Source of the DNA: a virus | DNA length: 62,279 nucleotides | Virus record (IMG/VR): IMGVR_UViG_3300048774_000008 | Coordinates: 1-62,279 of that record | Direction: 5' to 3' (one strand) | In this document: positions 1 to 9,019 of the stretch, piece by piece | How positions within the stretch are numbered: position 1 is the first letter of the stretch | Layout of the letters: every line of letters begins with the position of its first letter | Program-made: the position numbers and the translations under genes | The notes under the pieces: generated by a model | Seen by the model: the letters and a program-made list of their open reading frames with translations, nothing else | Database searches by the model: none | What the model was told of the DNA's origin: nothing

Positions 1-473
1 ACCTGCGCATTGTCGGACACCTGCGCATTGTCGGACACCTGCGCATTGTCGGACACCTGCGCATTGCCGAACACCTGCGCATTGTCGGACACCTGCGCAT
101 TGTCGGACACCTGCGCATCGCCGGACACCTGCGCATTGCCGGACACCTGCGCATTGCCGAACACCCACGCATCGCCGGACACCTGCGCATTGCCGGACAC
201 CTGCGCATTGCCGGACACCCACACATCGCCGGACACCTGCGCATTGCCGAACACCTGCGCATTGCCGAACACCTGCGCATTGCCGGACACCTGCGCATTG
301 CCGAACACCCACGCATCGCCGGACACCTGCAAATTTTTCTCGGCTTCGATGTAGCCGCCGAGTTTGCCCGGTAGGACACACAGGCCGATTGCGACCAACG
401 CCCGAATGCGGTACAGCTTCCGTCCGTTCCATTCTTTCGTATCGTTTTCTAACAGTTCATATTTTGCGTTCAT
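1..473 (-). CDS. Hexapeptide-repeat protein, N-terminal part (ORF leaves the window at position 1)
   Basis: ATG at 473-471 preceded by AAGGAG. Protein starts MNAKYELLENDTKEWNGRKLYRIRALVAIG..GGYIEAEKNLQVSGDAW, then 18-nt (6-aa) tandem units VSGNAQ/VFGNAQ/VSDNAQ/VSGDAW. No stop before the window edge. Absent from the ORF track because it is truncated. Confidence 0.7.
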   Translation of the reverse strand, partial: MNAKYELLENDTKEWNGRKLYRIRALVAIGLCVLPGKLGGYIEAEKNLQVSGDAWVFGNAQVSGNAQVFGNAQVFGNAQVSGDVWVSGNAQVSGNAQVSGDAWVFGNAQVSGNAQVSGDAQVSDNAQVSDNAQVFGNAQVSDNAQVSDNAQVSDNAQ

Positions 474-609
474 TTATTTTCTCCTTTTTTTTGAGATAAT
501 CGTCGATTGCCCGGCGCACATGCTCTGCCGATGTCAATCCAGTTTGCTTTGCGAGATAGCTCAATCCGCTCCGCATATTTTCCGTCAGGTAAATGTTAGT
601 TTTTTTCAT
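457..609 (-). CDS. Small ribbon-helix-helix (CopG/Arc-like) DNA-binding protein, 50 aa
   Basis: Hand-translated: MKKTNIYLTENMRSGLSYLAKQTGLTSAEHVRRAIDDYLKKKEKINERKI. The beta-strand/helix/helix pattern (IYLTE..L..LAK.TG.S.AE.VR.AID.YL) is typical of RHH proteins. Overlaps the start of the downstream gene. Below the ORF-track size cutoff. Confidence 0.55.
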   Translation of the reverse strand: MKKTNIYLTENMRSGLSYLAKQTGLTSAEHVRRAIDDYLKKKEKINERKI

Positions 610-749
610 GCGCCCATCGTGCGCCTAATTTTGATTATCGTCAAGCACTATTTTTTAATTTCAGTGACGCATACATTCCAAAAATCCGATAGCGCTTAAA
701 TCGCGTTTTGCGCCATTTAAAATTGCCCGTCCGTCCTACCCTAGCCAGA

Positions 750-992
750 TTATGCCGTTTGCGCCGTGGCGGTGCCATTCCTGCGCTCCCAAAGCGGAAT
801 TTTCACCGTCTGACATCCCGTTGCCGCCAATTCGGACTCGGAATACTCGGTTTGATTGCCTCCGCGCTCGGTAGCCTGACCATATCCCGGACCGACGAAT
901 ACCAACGGTTTTAGGTAATGCGGCAAAAAATACGCAAATCCGAGCTTGAATGCTTTTTGCGATACGGTTGAATTTGATTCATCATCTGCCAT
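750..992 (-). CDS. Hypothetical protein
   Basis: 80-aa ORF. ATG preceded by AAGGAG and abutting the stop of the upstream gene (993). Confidence 0.55.
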   Translation of the reverse strand: MADDESNSTVSQKAFKLGFAYFLPHYLKPLVFVGPGYGQATERGGNQTEYSESELAATGCQTVKIPLWERRNGTATAQTA

Positions 993-1238
993 TTATTTTT
1001 CTCCTTGAGTTTTAATGCGTTCTTGCCAAATGTGCATCCGTTCAAAATTGTTTGCCAGCGTCGGCGAATATCCGTTGCGGAAAGCCTGCGCCAAATTCTG
1101 CCACCATGCCCACCATGCCGGTGTCTCGCGTGCTGCTTGTTTTATTTCGGCAACATCGGCATCCGTCCAGTTGTAAATTATCCGAAGCTCGCGCATGTCG
1201 GCGGTCAGTTGTTCAAGGTTTTGACTTTGGTTTTGCAT
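993..1238 (-). CDS. Hypothetical protein (Trp-rich, 81 aa)
   Basis: ORF in the operon orientation, tightly packed with the next gene. Confidence 0.55.
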   Translation of the reverse strand: MQNQSQNLEQLTADMRELRIIYNWTDADVAEIKQAARETPAWWAWWQNLAQAFRNGYSPTLANNFERMHIWQERIKTQGEK

Positions 1239-1335
1239 CTTGCTTTTCCTGGCGGGTTTTGTTCTTTCTCTTCTCTTCTGAGATGCAAGTAAGCTGCTAG
1301 CACGCTTGGACAGGGTATGAGTTGCAACTAAGCTG

Positions 1336-1641
1336 CTAGCGCAACGCTTTCAACTTGCTAGCATTAACTTTTTCTATCAAAAACCCAGAATCTATAAGGA
1401 TTTGAATATCAATGTTTTCACATGAAAGTTTCTTTTCGAGATATTTCGGGTCATTTGGAACCTCTCCATTATTTTGACTTGCATACAGCCAAAGCAACAT
1501 TAAATGAGCTTTAGCAGCATCTGGAAGAACCCCAAATCGGTAATCATCAAGAATTGCTCGGTGCATCTTTATCCACGGCGGATTGCGCTTTGAGTAATGC
1601 TGAAATTCACTCCAATTTTTAACGAATAAGAAGTCCATCAC
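1336..1641 (-). CDS. Conserved phage hypothetical protein
   Basis: 101-aa ORF whose start overlaps the primase stop. The NWSEFQHY..PPWIKMHRAILDD motif resembles recurring replication-module phage proteins. Confidence 0.5.
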   Translation of the reverse strand: MMDFLFVKNWSEFQHYSKRNPPWIKMHRAILDDYRFGVLPDAAKAHLMLLWLYASQNNGEVPNDPKYLEKKLSCENIDIQILIDSGFLIEKVNASKLKALR

Positions 1642-2603
1642 GCAATCCTTTTATGTGGCACAAAACGCGCCGCTTTTCGCAAATTCCGTGCAATCTCGTT
1701 CGCCACCATTTTGCGTAATTCTGCATCACGTACTTTTTCGCGCTTCGGTGCCGATTCATTGACAGCAACCGCAAGCACGGTAAGCTCTGTCAACTGGTCC
1801 GCAAAATCGCTGCCTTGAATGCCATCCGGCCATGCGATACCACACCCGATTTGCGCCGCAGCTAATTCGCCGTGTTCAATGCCTGGATTCTTGCCGATTT
1901 TGTCGAATGTCTTGTAATCGTTATCTGCTGCAATCAGCGCCAGGCCGTGAATATCAAGCCGCTTTGCGACTTCGACCATATTTCCACAATCGAACGTCAC
2001 TATTACGCGGCAATCAGGTACACACTGATAAACCGCTAGGCCAGTCGCCAAGCCCTCACACAGTGCCGTCATGGTGAATCTGGCCGACTGAATGATGTAG
2101 GAGCCACCCTTGACGCTTGCACCGCTCCAGAATCGTTTTACGCCATCTGGCGCGATTCGTTGCACGCTCATGATGTTGGAGCCGATCATCACTGGTACAA
2201 CGAGCCAGCCATCGGCATCGACACGCAAATTAGCGCACCCGACCATCGAAAGCATTTTCCCGGCCAGATAGGGGTGACTAAATCGAACCGGCTTGCATGA
2301 GTACCAGAATTTACGCGCCGCTTGCGTGGCTTGAATCAGGTTGCGCCGTGCTTCGTTTTGCTTAGCCTTTATTTGCGCTTGCGAGATAATCGGCGCCGGC
2401 GCGTCTGATCCTATTTTCCATGTTGCCGTCTCGGACATGGTGCTGTGATTTTGGTAAACGCCAGCGCGACCATCTGGAAAAAGTTTATAGCTGCCATTTA
2501 ATTTACGTGGATGATCAACCGTCTTGCAGCGATGCCATGCTCCGTCTGCGACGATATCCTTCGGCAATAACCCAGCGGCTTCTAGTGTTTGGCGGAAATC
2601 CAT
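1638..2603 (-). CDS. Toprim-domain DNA primase (phage/plasmid TraC/P4-like)
   Basis: Toprim signature LCEGLATG ... IAADNDY (conserved E and DxD). Sits immediately downstream of the helicase, with overlapping stop/start. Confidence 0.75.
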   Translation of the reverse strand: MDFRQTLEAAGLLPKDIVADGAWHRCKTVDHPRKLNGSYKLFPDGRAGVYQNHSTMSETATWKIGSDAPAPIISQAQIKAKQNEARRNLIQATQAARKFWYSCKPVRFSHPYLAGKMLSMVGCANLRVDADGWLVVPVMIGSNIMSVQRIAPDGVKRFWSGASVKGGSYIIQSARFTMTALCEGLATGLAVYQCVPDCRVIVTFDCGNMVEVAKRLDIHGLALIAADNDYKTFDKIGKNPGIEHGELAAAQIGCGIAWPDGIQGSDFADQLTELTVLAVAVNESAPKREKVRDAELRKMVANEIARNLRKAARFVPHKRIA

Positions 2604-4078
2604 TATGCGCGCCTCGCTTTTGCAAAGGCGATATTTCCTTGTTTGATTTTTCCGACTATTTCGCGAGTAGGAGCAACAGGGATTGTTTTTTCAAATTTTG
2701 CGACCGGAAATTTTCCGACGATCCGCATGTAATATCCCAATGCCTTGCGCCGCGCCGCGTCCAAATCATCGCCAGCAACCGACCTGGCATACCCGCAAAT
2801 TTGAGGCCATATCCGGCTTTCGACTGAAACATAATCGCCATTGTGCAAAAGCTCTTTTAGGGTTCCTGCCTCGTGCTGAATGCCGCTTGGTTTTTCTGGT
2901 TTATAGCCGCAGGAAGGGCAGATAAATGATTCGTGGATATGGTGACATTTTGGACATTTGACGGCTTTTTTTTCTTTCGGATCAGGTTTCTTTTTGTCTT
3001 TCTTTTTGCCATCATCAAGCTCGGATACGCCATACTCAAAAAAATCGGATACTTCATCCCAAAATCTTAGGCAATTTCCTGAATGGTCAAGAATTGTTGC
3101 CATCTCTTTTCCAGTTCCGATAGAGGTACGCAACACGCGCCCGATCATCTGGATATGCACATGCAAAGCCTTACGCAACGGGCGCGCCAGTATCAACACT
3201 TCAATGTCCGCAACATCGAACCCGCGCGTCAGGCTCTCGATGCTAATCAGCCCACGAATATAAGAATCTGGTTTACGGAACTCGGAAACAGTATCAGCCT
3301 TCTCATCGTCTGATTCGCGGTAAGTGTAAAGGGAAGTGACAATTCCAGCCGCCGCGAATTGCCGTTGTAATTCCGTTGCATGTGCGACATTGACTGCAAA
3401 GGCGATAAACTTTTTTTCGTTCCCATGCAACGTGTACTCTTTGACGCAATCGCCAACAATCGGCAATACTTTGCTAATCGTCTCCTGTTCATCGTACTCG
3501 CCAGCAGTAATTTTAACGCCGGTCATATCCGGCTCACTGGGCGCGAACACTTTAAACGGAACCAGCAATTTTTCCTGTATTAGTTGATTCGTCGTTGCTG
3601 CATTGATGACGATATCGAAGTATTTTCCAAGCGATTTTGTTAGCGGTGTTGCGGACAAGCCAACCGTGTAACAATCCCGCTTTGATATCCGATCAGTAAG
3701 CGCCTTCGGCAATACGTGCGCTTCGTCCGCCATAATCAGATTTACCTCCGGCCACTCGCGCCGGTGCAACGTCTGGATACTGCAAAGCTGGATATTTTCC
3801 CAAGGTTTCGAGCGCCAGTGATTCGATTGCATGACGCCGAATGGCAAATCGTATCTATCAAATCGCTCTCCGGTTTGCTCGATCAGCGAAAGTCGGTCAC
3901 AAATAAAAGCGCCGCGCTTCTTATTTTCAACAGTTTTATGGAGCATGGCAGTCGCAAGCTCTGTCTTGCCGAATCCGCATGGAGCTTGAAGCATCACGTT
4001 TTTATAGCCATCACGGAATGCTTGCTGCACTTTTTCAATCGCCGCTAGTTGAAGCGGTCTAAGGTCAAGATTAGCCAT
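2603..4078 (-). CDS. SF2 DEAD/DEAH-box DNA helicase with C-terminal zinc ribbon
   Basis: Walker A APCGFGKT, motif II MADEAH, motif III SATP, C-terminal CPKCHH..CPSCGY. Confidence 0.85.
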   Translation of the reverse strand: MANLDLRPLQLAAIEKVQQAFRDGYKNVMLQAPCGFGKTELATAMLHKTVENKKRGAFICDRLSLIEQTGERFDRYDLPFGVMQSNHWRSKPWENIQLCSIQTLHRREWPEVNLIMADEAHVLPKALTDRISKRDCYTVGLSATPLTKSLGKYFDIVINAATTNQLIQEKLLVPFKVFAPSEPDMTGVKITAGEYDEQETISKVLPIVGDCVKEYTLHGNEKKFIAFAVNVAHATELQRQFAAAGIVTSLYTYRESDDEKADTVSEFRKPDSYIRGLISIESLTRGFDVADIEVLILARPLRKALHVHIQMIGRVLRTSIGTGKEMATILDHSGNCLRFWDEVSDFFEYGVSELDDGKKKDKKKPDPKEKKAVKCPKCHHIHESFICPSCGYKPEKPSGIQHEAGTLKELLHNGDYVSVESRIWPQICGYARSVAGDDLDAARRKALGYYMRIVGKFPVAKFEKTIPVAPTREIVGKIKQGNIAFAKARRA

Positions 4079-4081
4079 GAT

Positions 4082-4900
4082 TTATGCCGCTTTTTTCAAG
4101 GCCGATAAAATGTCTTGATCTCTTTCGACGTTCAACGCCTTGCGAATTTTCGCAAGCGTATTTACATTCCTTTTCCCTATATCAAGCGCATCTCTTAATT
4201 CGTTTTTTGTCGCATCGTGCAATCCGTTGATGCGGTCGATGTAGGTATTCAACCGCGCAATTTCTGCGTTTTTGTCGTCCAGTTCGTACCGGTCGATGCG
4301 CTTATTTAGTACGGCAATTTCAGATAGTGAATCTTCGTATAATTGTACAAAATCAGCATCGCCAAATGCCGCTACTTCCTCTTCGGTAATTTCGCGCTCA
4401 GGTGATGCTTTCGGATTAGAATAAAGTGACTTCGGCGGCGGAGTTGTTTTGCCTTTGGCTTTATCGGGCTTTGCAATGGCCTTGGCTACAGATACTTTTC
4501 CAGCAGTAACTTGATCAAATACATCATCCGGCAATGCCGCTAATTTTTGCGCGCGCGCCGAAGTTTTTTTATCTATTCCGATATTTGCAAGTGTTGTAGC
4601 GACCACTGGTACTGATTTGGTACCAGTGGTTTTGTATTGCTCCCCACCCTTTGCTTTTGGCATTGCCGCAAGCAATTCGCCTAATTTTCGCTCTGCTTGC
4701 AACTGCAACGCCTTGGCGCGCTGGATGATATCGTGTTGCCCTTTGTATTCAACATTGGCGAATGCAACCGCTGCCGCCATCATTGCCATTACCGATTTAA
4801 TCTCTTCCGGCGATTCTGCCAGCGCAAGCAGTTGCTCTGCTTTATCAAGCGTTGAAGGGAGATATTGCGAATCTGCGGATACTTTTGAAATGGCATTCAT
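4082..4900 (-). CDS. Hypothetical protein, possible DNA-binding/coiled-coil protein
   Basis: 272-aa ORF with ATGA-type overlap to its neighbours. The central GGEQYKTTGT..TLANIGIDKKTSARAQKLAALP segment is HTH-like. Confidence 0.4.
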   Translation of the reverse strand: MNAISKVSADSQYLPSTLDKAEQLLALAESPEEIKSVMAMMAAAVAFANVEYKGQHDIIQRAKALQLQAERKLGELLAAMPKAKGGEQYKTTGTKSVPVVATTLANIGIDKKTSARAQKLAALPDDVFDQVTAGKVSVAKAIAKPDKAKGKTTPPPKSLYSNPKASPEREITEEEVAAFGDADFVQLYEDSLSEIAVLNKRIDRYELDDKNAEIARLNTYIDRINGLHDATKNELRDALDIGKRNVNTLAKIRKALNVERDQDILSALKKAA

Positions 4901-5271
4901 GCAAGTTCCTCCATTGCGATTTCAGATATAAATTCTGCCAATTTCCCGGTGTGGTGAAACCATTCCCCATTCTTTCTAACCCGATATTTTGAAAATTTAC
5001 GGTGCAATTCAAATTCTTTTGTTTGTCCGCCGAGAATATGCGCAAGCAATGATATTGGATATGGGCATCCAAATAGTGGGACCGCTGGCTTTTTTGATTC
5101 GTGAATTAGAGAATCTTTTATTGTATTAACGGAATAGTCCATGAATCCGGGATAACTTACGTTGCGTATCAAATACGCCATAACAACCCCGCTTTTTGCA
5201 CCTGGATTAGAATGCCCGCACCATGAATCAGACAGTAATTCTAACTCGCCCATTGGTAGTAAATTGTTCAT
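4897..5271 (-). CDS. T5orf172 / GIY-YIG-like domain protein
   Basis: The C-terminal motif ELHRKFSKYRVRKNGEWFH matches the T5orf172 hallmark (lE..lH..f...r..EWF). The N-terminal part is divergent. Confidence 0.45.
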   Translation of the reverse strand: MNNLLPMGELELLSDSWCGHSNPGAKSGVVMAYLIRNVSYPGFMDYSVNTIKDSLIHESKKPAVPLFGCPYPISLLAHILGGQTKEFELHRKFSKYRVRKNGEWFHHTGKLAEFISEIAMEELA

Positions 5272-5459
5272 GCCGACCTCAATTTCAGAATTTTGAATAG
5301 CCGCGCAGTGGTCGCGGAGCTGATAATGTCATGGCAATAAAGAAACATTACCGACCTCTTGATAAGCGTCCTAACGCACAGACTTGCCCTGCCAGACTTG
5401 ACATCATGGGGATAATCGGCGGTATTTTTGCCGTTGGAATTGGAGGTAAATGGCTTCAT
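5268..5459 (-). CDS. Possible small basic protein (63 aa)
   Basis: ATGA overlap with the downstream gene start, but only a weak SD and odd composition. Confidence 0.25.
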   Translation of the reverse strand: MKPFTSNSNGKNTADYPHDVKSGRASLCVRTLIKRSVMFLYCHDIISSATTARLFKILKLRSA

Positions 5460-5470
5460 GCTAACCCTTT

Positions 5471-5567
5471 ATCCAGCACAATAAACGAGGTGACAGCCGC
5501 CAGGGAGGTCGATTCGGAGAATCTAAATTGGCGTCCAGACTGAACTGGCTCGAAGATTGTGCTGGAT
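5471..5567. other. Compound stem-loop element in an ORF-poor early intergenic region
   Basis: A 12-bp perfect inverted repeat, ATCCAGCACAAT (5471-5482) / ATTGTGCTGGAT (5556-5567), encloses nested stems CGCCA..TGGCG, GATTC-GGA-GAATC and CCAG-ACTGAA-CTGG. Confidence 0.4.
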
Positions 5568-5724
5568 GAAAGGCTCATTGAACGGCTCCCTGTACTGCTT
5601 TATTTGGTCTGTCACAACCGTGAATTTATTGTTTTCTATTCTACAATAACTTTCATCGCTTTTCGTTAATTATTTTCCGCTGCACCGCAACATTTCCTAC
5701 CGCATGCGGTACTTTGCCTAAATT

Positions 5725-6381
5725 TTAATCAATCTGTGGATTGTTGCTGCAAGGAAAACATGTAATTGCTTTTAACCGTTTTAACTCCGCAACCGCCCAT
5801 TTTTTCAACTCGATCAAATCCGCCTTGGAATATTGCTTTTCAGGCTGTGGGCCGTTTATCCGGTCAAACTCTGCCTGCCCGATTTTGGCAATCAGCCGGG
5901 GCGTGTAATCGCCGATATTTCCCGACTTCCAGTTATTGCAAATTGAACAAGATTTGTGTATGTTGGCTAGATCGAAGCGCAAAGCAGGGTTTGATCCGAC
6001 CGACTTGTAATGGCTTGCGTGCCATTGCCCGGACCATGTAGCAGGCTTGTCGCACGATATGCAACCGTCCTCCTTGTCACGCCACCTGACCAGCGAGTTA
6101 ATCGCCGTCTGGGCCTCCCTAGCGTAATCTGACCGGCTTTTCAGAGCATCCTTGCGCTTCGCAGTATCGGCCCTGTCCAGTTTAGCGGCGGCGCGTTCCT
6201 TGCGCTCCCTGTCGCGTTTTGCTACCTCGGCAGCGCATTCTGGCTTGCAGGCTTTATGCGCCATGCTCCGCTTTTCAAATGGCTTACGGCATATTTTGCA
6301 CTTCGATAATTTCGGCTTGCGCACCTTTGCCGTTAGCGCGCTAGGCTTGCGGGATAGCGGAGTTTTGCGGGTGAGCGTCAT
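5725..6381 (-). CDS. ninG: NinG/Rap-family recombination endonuclease
   Basis: Basic N-terminus with CKIC..C..EC, then CISC...H.SHY....NPALRFDL.NIH..C..CN, typical of lambda NinG. Confidence 0.8.
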   Translation of the reverse strand: MTLTRKTPLSRKPSALTAKVRKPKLSKCKICRKPFEKRSMAHKACKPECAAEVAKRDRERKERAAAKLDRADTAKRKDALKSRSDYAREAQTAINSLVRWRDKEDGCISCDKPATWSGQWHASHYKSVGSNPALRFDLANIHKSCSICNNWKSGNIGDYTPRLIAKIGQAEFDRINGPQPEKQYSKADLIELKKWAVAELKRLKAITCFPCSNNPQID

Positions 6382-7178
6382 TTGAATGGCCTATAAACTG
6401 ACGCAATATACCGACTAAGCGGCAACGGGATTTTTGCAATCATGGCGCTGGCGGCTTTGCGGGCGTTTGATTTTGAACCATGCCGCGCCGCACCGTCTTG
6501 AAACCATGCGTAACCTTTGCCGTTTTCTCGTGGCCCGCATATTCCTGGTTGTTTCGTGCCGTTTTCAGCTGCATTCGTCCAGTGTCCTGTAGGTCGGTGC
6601 GGTACGCCTTTGATACTTGATTCCTCAACGCTCGCCGTCTGAAATGATTTGCCGCTGCCATCGAATCGAAAGCCGGGAACCTTGAATGTTTTTGCGATCG
6701 GCATCAACGCCGGCACATCTCCCCACAAATGAAATGAACCATAGTTCCAGCGTGACCGCCCAACCCATTCCTGTGCGCCGCGCACGTTCTCAACGATCAA
6801 CGGGATAAAATGTCCTGCCGCTTCGATAGCTTCGCGCTGGATGCGAAAACAGGCATCGAACAATGCAGTTAATCGCTTCGGGTCATCCTCGCCGGCAAGC
6901 AACTTGCGGCGCTTCTCTTTTGCGAGTGACCACGGCATAGCCATGTAGGAGTATTCTTGACATGGCGGACTCGCGACTATCAGCGCAGCGTCTTTGAATT
7001 GCTTGCCATGAAGCGTTAAAATATCCTGAATCACAAGTTGACCGGGATATTTTTCATCACCATATTGGTGTTGCTCAATGTCGAAACCGACGACATAGTA
7101 ACCTTCGGCAATCAAGCCCTCAGTCCAGCCACCCAAGCCGCAGCACAAATCGATAGCCAATGGTTTTATATCGTCCAT
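6378..7178 (-). CDS. DNA (cytosine-5) methyltransferase
   Basis: Motif I DLCCGLGGW, motif IV PPCQEYS, motif VI ENV. I prefer ATG 7178 (purine-rich SD upstream) over the TTG at 7232 used by the ORF track. Confidence 0.8.
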   Translation of the reverse strand: MDDIKPLAIDLCCGLGGWTEGLIAEGYYVVGFDIEQHQYGDEKYPGQLVIQDILTLHGKQFKDAALIVASPPCQEYSYMAMPWSLAKEKRRKLLAGEDDPKRLTALFDACFRIQREAIEAAGHFIPLIVENVRGAQEWVGRSRWNYGSFHLWGDVPALMPIAKTFKVPGFRFDGSGKSFQTASVEESSIKGVPHRPTGHWTNAAENGTKQPGICGPRENGKGYAWFQDGAARHGSKSNARKAASAMIAKIPLPLSRYIASVYRPFK

Positions 7179-7291
7179 ACGACTATTCCACCCCCTCGAA
7201 GTCCAGAATTTCCATGCCCAATTTTTCGGCAATATGCGCCATCATCCCGTCACCTTCTCAACCGTTAGCCCGTCCGGGGATAGCGTCGGGG

Positions 7292-7699
7292 TCATTTTTT
7301 CCTCCATGCAAACGATAACGGGCATTCCATCAAAAACAAATGCCTCATATTTGCGACGTTGACGATATCTCGGTCAGCAGGAAAAACTTCAACGGCATCA
7401 ATTGCGCCGTACCCGCACTCACGCTTCAATTGCTGCAATTCATCCCATGTTATATTTTCTTTCCATCGGACGGAATCGGTATCAAGTGATGATCGGCATA
7501 TTGATAGCCTACGATAACCGTCTTGATGTTCGGCTGCGTATTCCTGCACAAGAAAATGCCTCGATCGCCACACATTAGTAAGGCCTTGAGGCAGCTTTTC
7601 AGGCCACTCACGGCGCGGAACTTCAGCGAGAATTGACGGAAGTTTTATGTTATCACGCGCAAGCTGGCGGCGCTGATCTCTAGATGTTGCGATCGTCAT
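7292..7699 (-). CDS. Hypothetical phage protein
   Basis: 135-aa ORF overlapping the upstream gene stop. Confidence 0.55.
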   Translation of the reverse strand: MTIATSRDQRRQLARDNIKLPSILAEVPRREWPEKLPQGLTNVWRSRHFLVQEYAAEHQDGYRRLSICRSSLDTDSVRWKENITWDELQQLKRECGYGAIDAVEVFPADRDIVNVANMRHLFLMECPLSFAWRKK

Positions 7700-7896
7700 T
7701 TTGCATCTCCCAACGTACGAATCGCGGCAGCAGCAGCATCAACTCCGTCATGCGCAAACGATTCCTGCCGTCCGCCTGGATACATCATCATACGATTACA
7801 TTCGGCTGCTGCGTCCGCAATCCCAGCTTTGTAGCCAGCGGTGAATGATCGGCGCAAGTGGTTTATTTCAGATGGCGTTAGTTTGTTTGGTTTCAT
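7696..7896 (-). CDS. Hypothetical protein (66 aa)
   Basis: ORF in the operon, with ATGA-type coupling to the next gene. Confidence 0.5.
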   Translation of the reverse strand: MKPNKLTPSEINHLRRSFTAGYKAGIADAAAECNRMMMYPGGRQESFAHDGVDAAAAAIRTLGDAK

Positions 7897-7924
7897 TCTA
7901 CCTCCGGTGTAAATTATTGAATCA

Positions 7925-8248
7925 TCATGGATTTAAAAAGGCCAATTTATCGCGGGATTTTTGCGCTTTTTTTAAAGCCATCGCAAGCCGTTCTGGCGGT
8001 TGCCTTTTCCATGCATCACATGCGAGTCTGACTGCTTCTTGTTTATTTGTTATTCCTGCGTACGGAAGTATTCCAAATCCAAGTTCTTTATCGGATACCT
8101 GATACTCGCGTGGACCATAACTAGTATATCCCGGCCTCTTATCATGGACAACAAACTTTCTTCCATCAAAAGTGAATTCATCTCCTTCCGAAAGTAAGAG
8201 TCCATCTGGGTATGCTGCGTAAAATTTTGTTGGTGTGAGTTTCATCAA
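7925..8248 (-). CDS. Hypothetical protein (107 aa)
   Basis: ORF in the operon orientation. Confidence 0.5.
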   Translation of the reverse strand: MMKLTPTKFYAAYPDGLLLSEGDEFTFDGRKFVVHDKRPGYTSYGPREYQVSDKELGFGILPYAGITNKQEAVRLACDAWKRQPPERLAMALKKAQKSRDKLAFLNP

Positions 8249-8297
8249 AACCTCTCATATTGTTTCGTGGATTCAGTCCAGCGCACCGGCTTAGGTT

Positions 8298-8867
8298 TCA
8301 ACGTAGCCAGCCTGGCGCCGTATCGCGTGGGTTCGCATGAAACATAACTCCCATATTTGCGCCGTCGGCCTCAATCGCAGTTAGGTACAGAGCAAAGCCG
8401 TGAATCGTCAGTTCGGTAGTGCTACCGACCAGCACGCGCTCGCCGCCTGGCGTGATATCCCACTTTCGGTAGGACTCGGATTTGCACAATAATTCATCAT
8501 ACACTTCCGGCAGATATTGCCTTTTAAAATGTTCGTGCCATACCTCCGCACTGTAACCCCGACCAACGACGTATGCCTGCTCTGCAATATCCTTTAATGG
8601 CCCACTCCACATAAGCGCATTTTGATCTAGCTTGCGTGCCTTGACCTGTTCCCTCACAACTAACTCAATCGGCTTGTTAGGGTCTATCGGAATCGAGTTG
8701 AGCATGGCTATTGCACGATCAACGATATCTCGTGTGCGCAACGCAATTGTGCGCGTCGGATATTTTTCACGTTTTGCTAATGTATTCATCGCAATCAACT
8801 CCAAAAGATCTTTGTTTCGATATGAGTTTCCTTGCCCGCCTAGCCTGTAGATTACTATTTCACTCAT
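8298..8867 (-). CDS. ninB: NinB/Orf-family recombination mediator
   Basis: AIAMLNSIPIDPNKPIELVVREQVKARKLDQNALMWSGPLKDIAEQ parallels lambda NinB (ILPDPTKPIVVTIQERNRSLDQNRKLW). Start moved to the ATG at 8867, which has an ATGA overlap and GGAGG upstream. Confidence 0.7.
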   Translation of the reverse strand: MSEIVIYRLGGQGNSYRNKDLLELIAMNTLAKREKYPTRTIALRTRDIVDRAIAMLNSIPIDPNKPIELVVREQVKARKLDQNALMWSGPLKDIAEQAYVVGRGYSAEVWHEHFKRQYLPEVYDELLCKSESYRKWDITPGGERVLVGSTTELTIHGFALYLTAIEADGANMGVMFHANPRDTAPGWLR

Positions 8868-9019
8868 GCCCGCCTCCGGCATATCAAACAAAGCGTGTCA
8901 CCATCGGAAAATTGCCCGATGCTTTTCTGCTTATTACAGCCTGCGCATTTACGCTGCGACATGTGTAAAATAAGCATTGTATTTGTCACCTCGCGGTAGC
9001 GGATGTTTGGAGGAATCAT
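8864..9019 (-). CDS. Small zinc-ribbon protein (51 aa)
   Basis: CAGCN..17 aa..CLIC motif. The start at 9019 forms an ATGA overlap with the upstream stop. Confidence 0.45.
   Translation of the reverse strand: MIPPNIRYREVTNTMLILHMSQRKCAGCNKQKSIGQFSDGDTLCLICRRRA

Noticed and set aside
10-354. 114-aa plus-strand ORF (MSDTCALSDTCAL...).
   Set aside because: It is the antisense reading of the 18-nt hexapeptide repeat. The minus strand has a proper SD/ATG at 473 and a unique N-terminal domain, and it continues the gene seen at the other window end.
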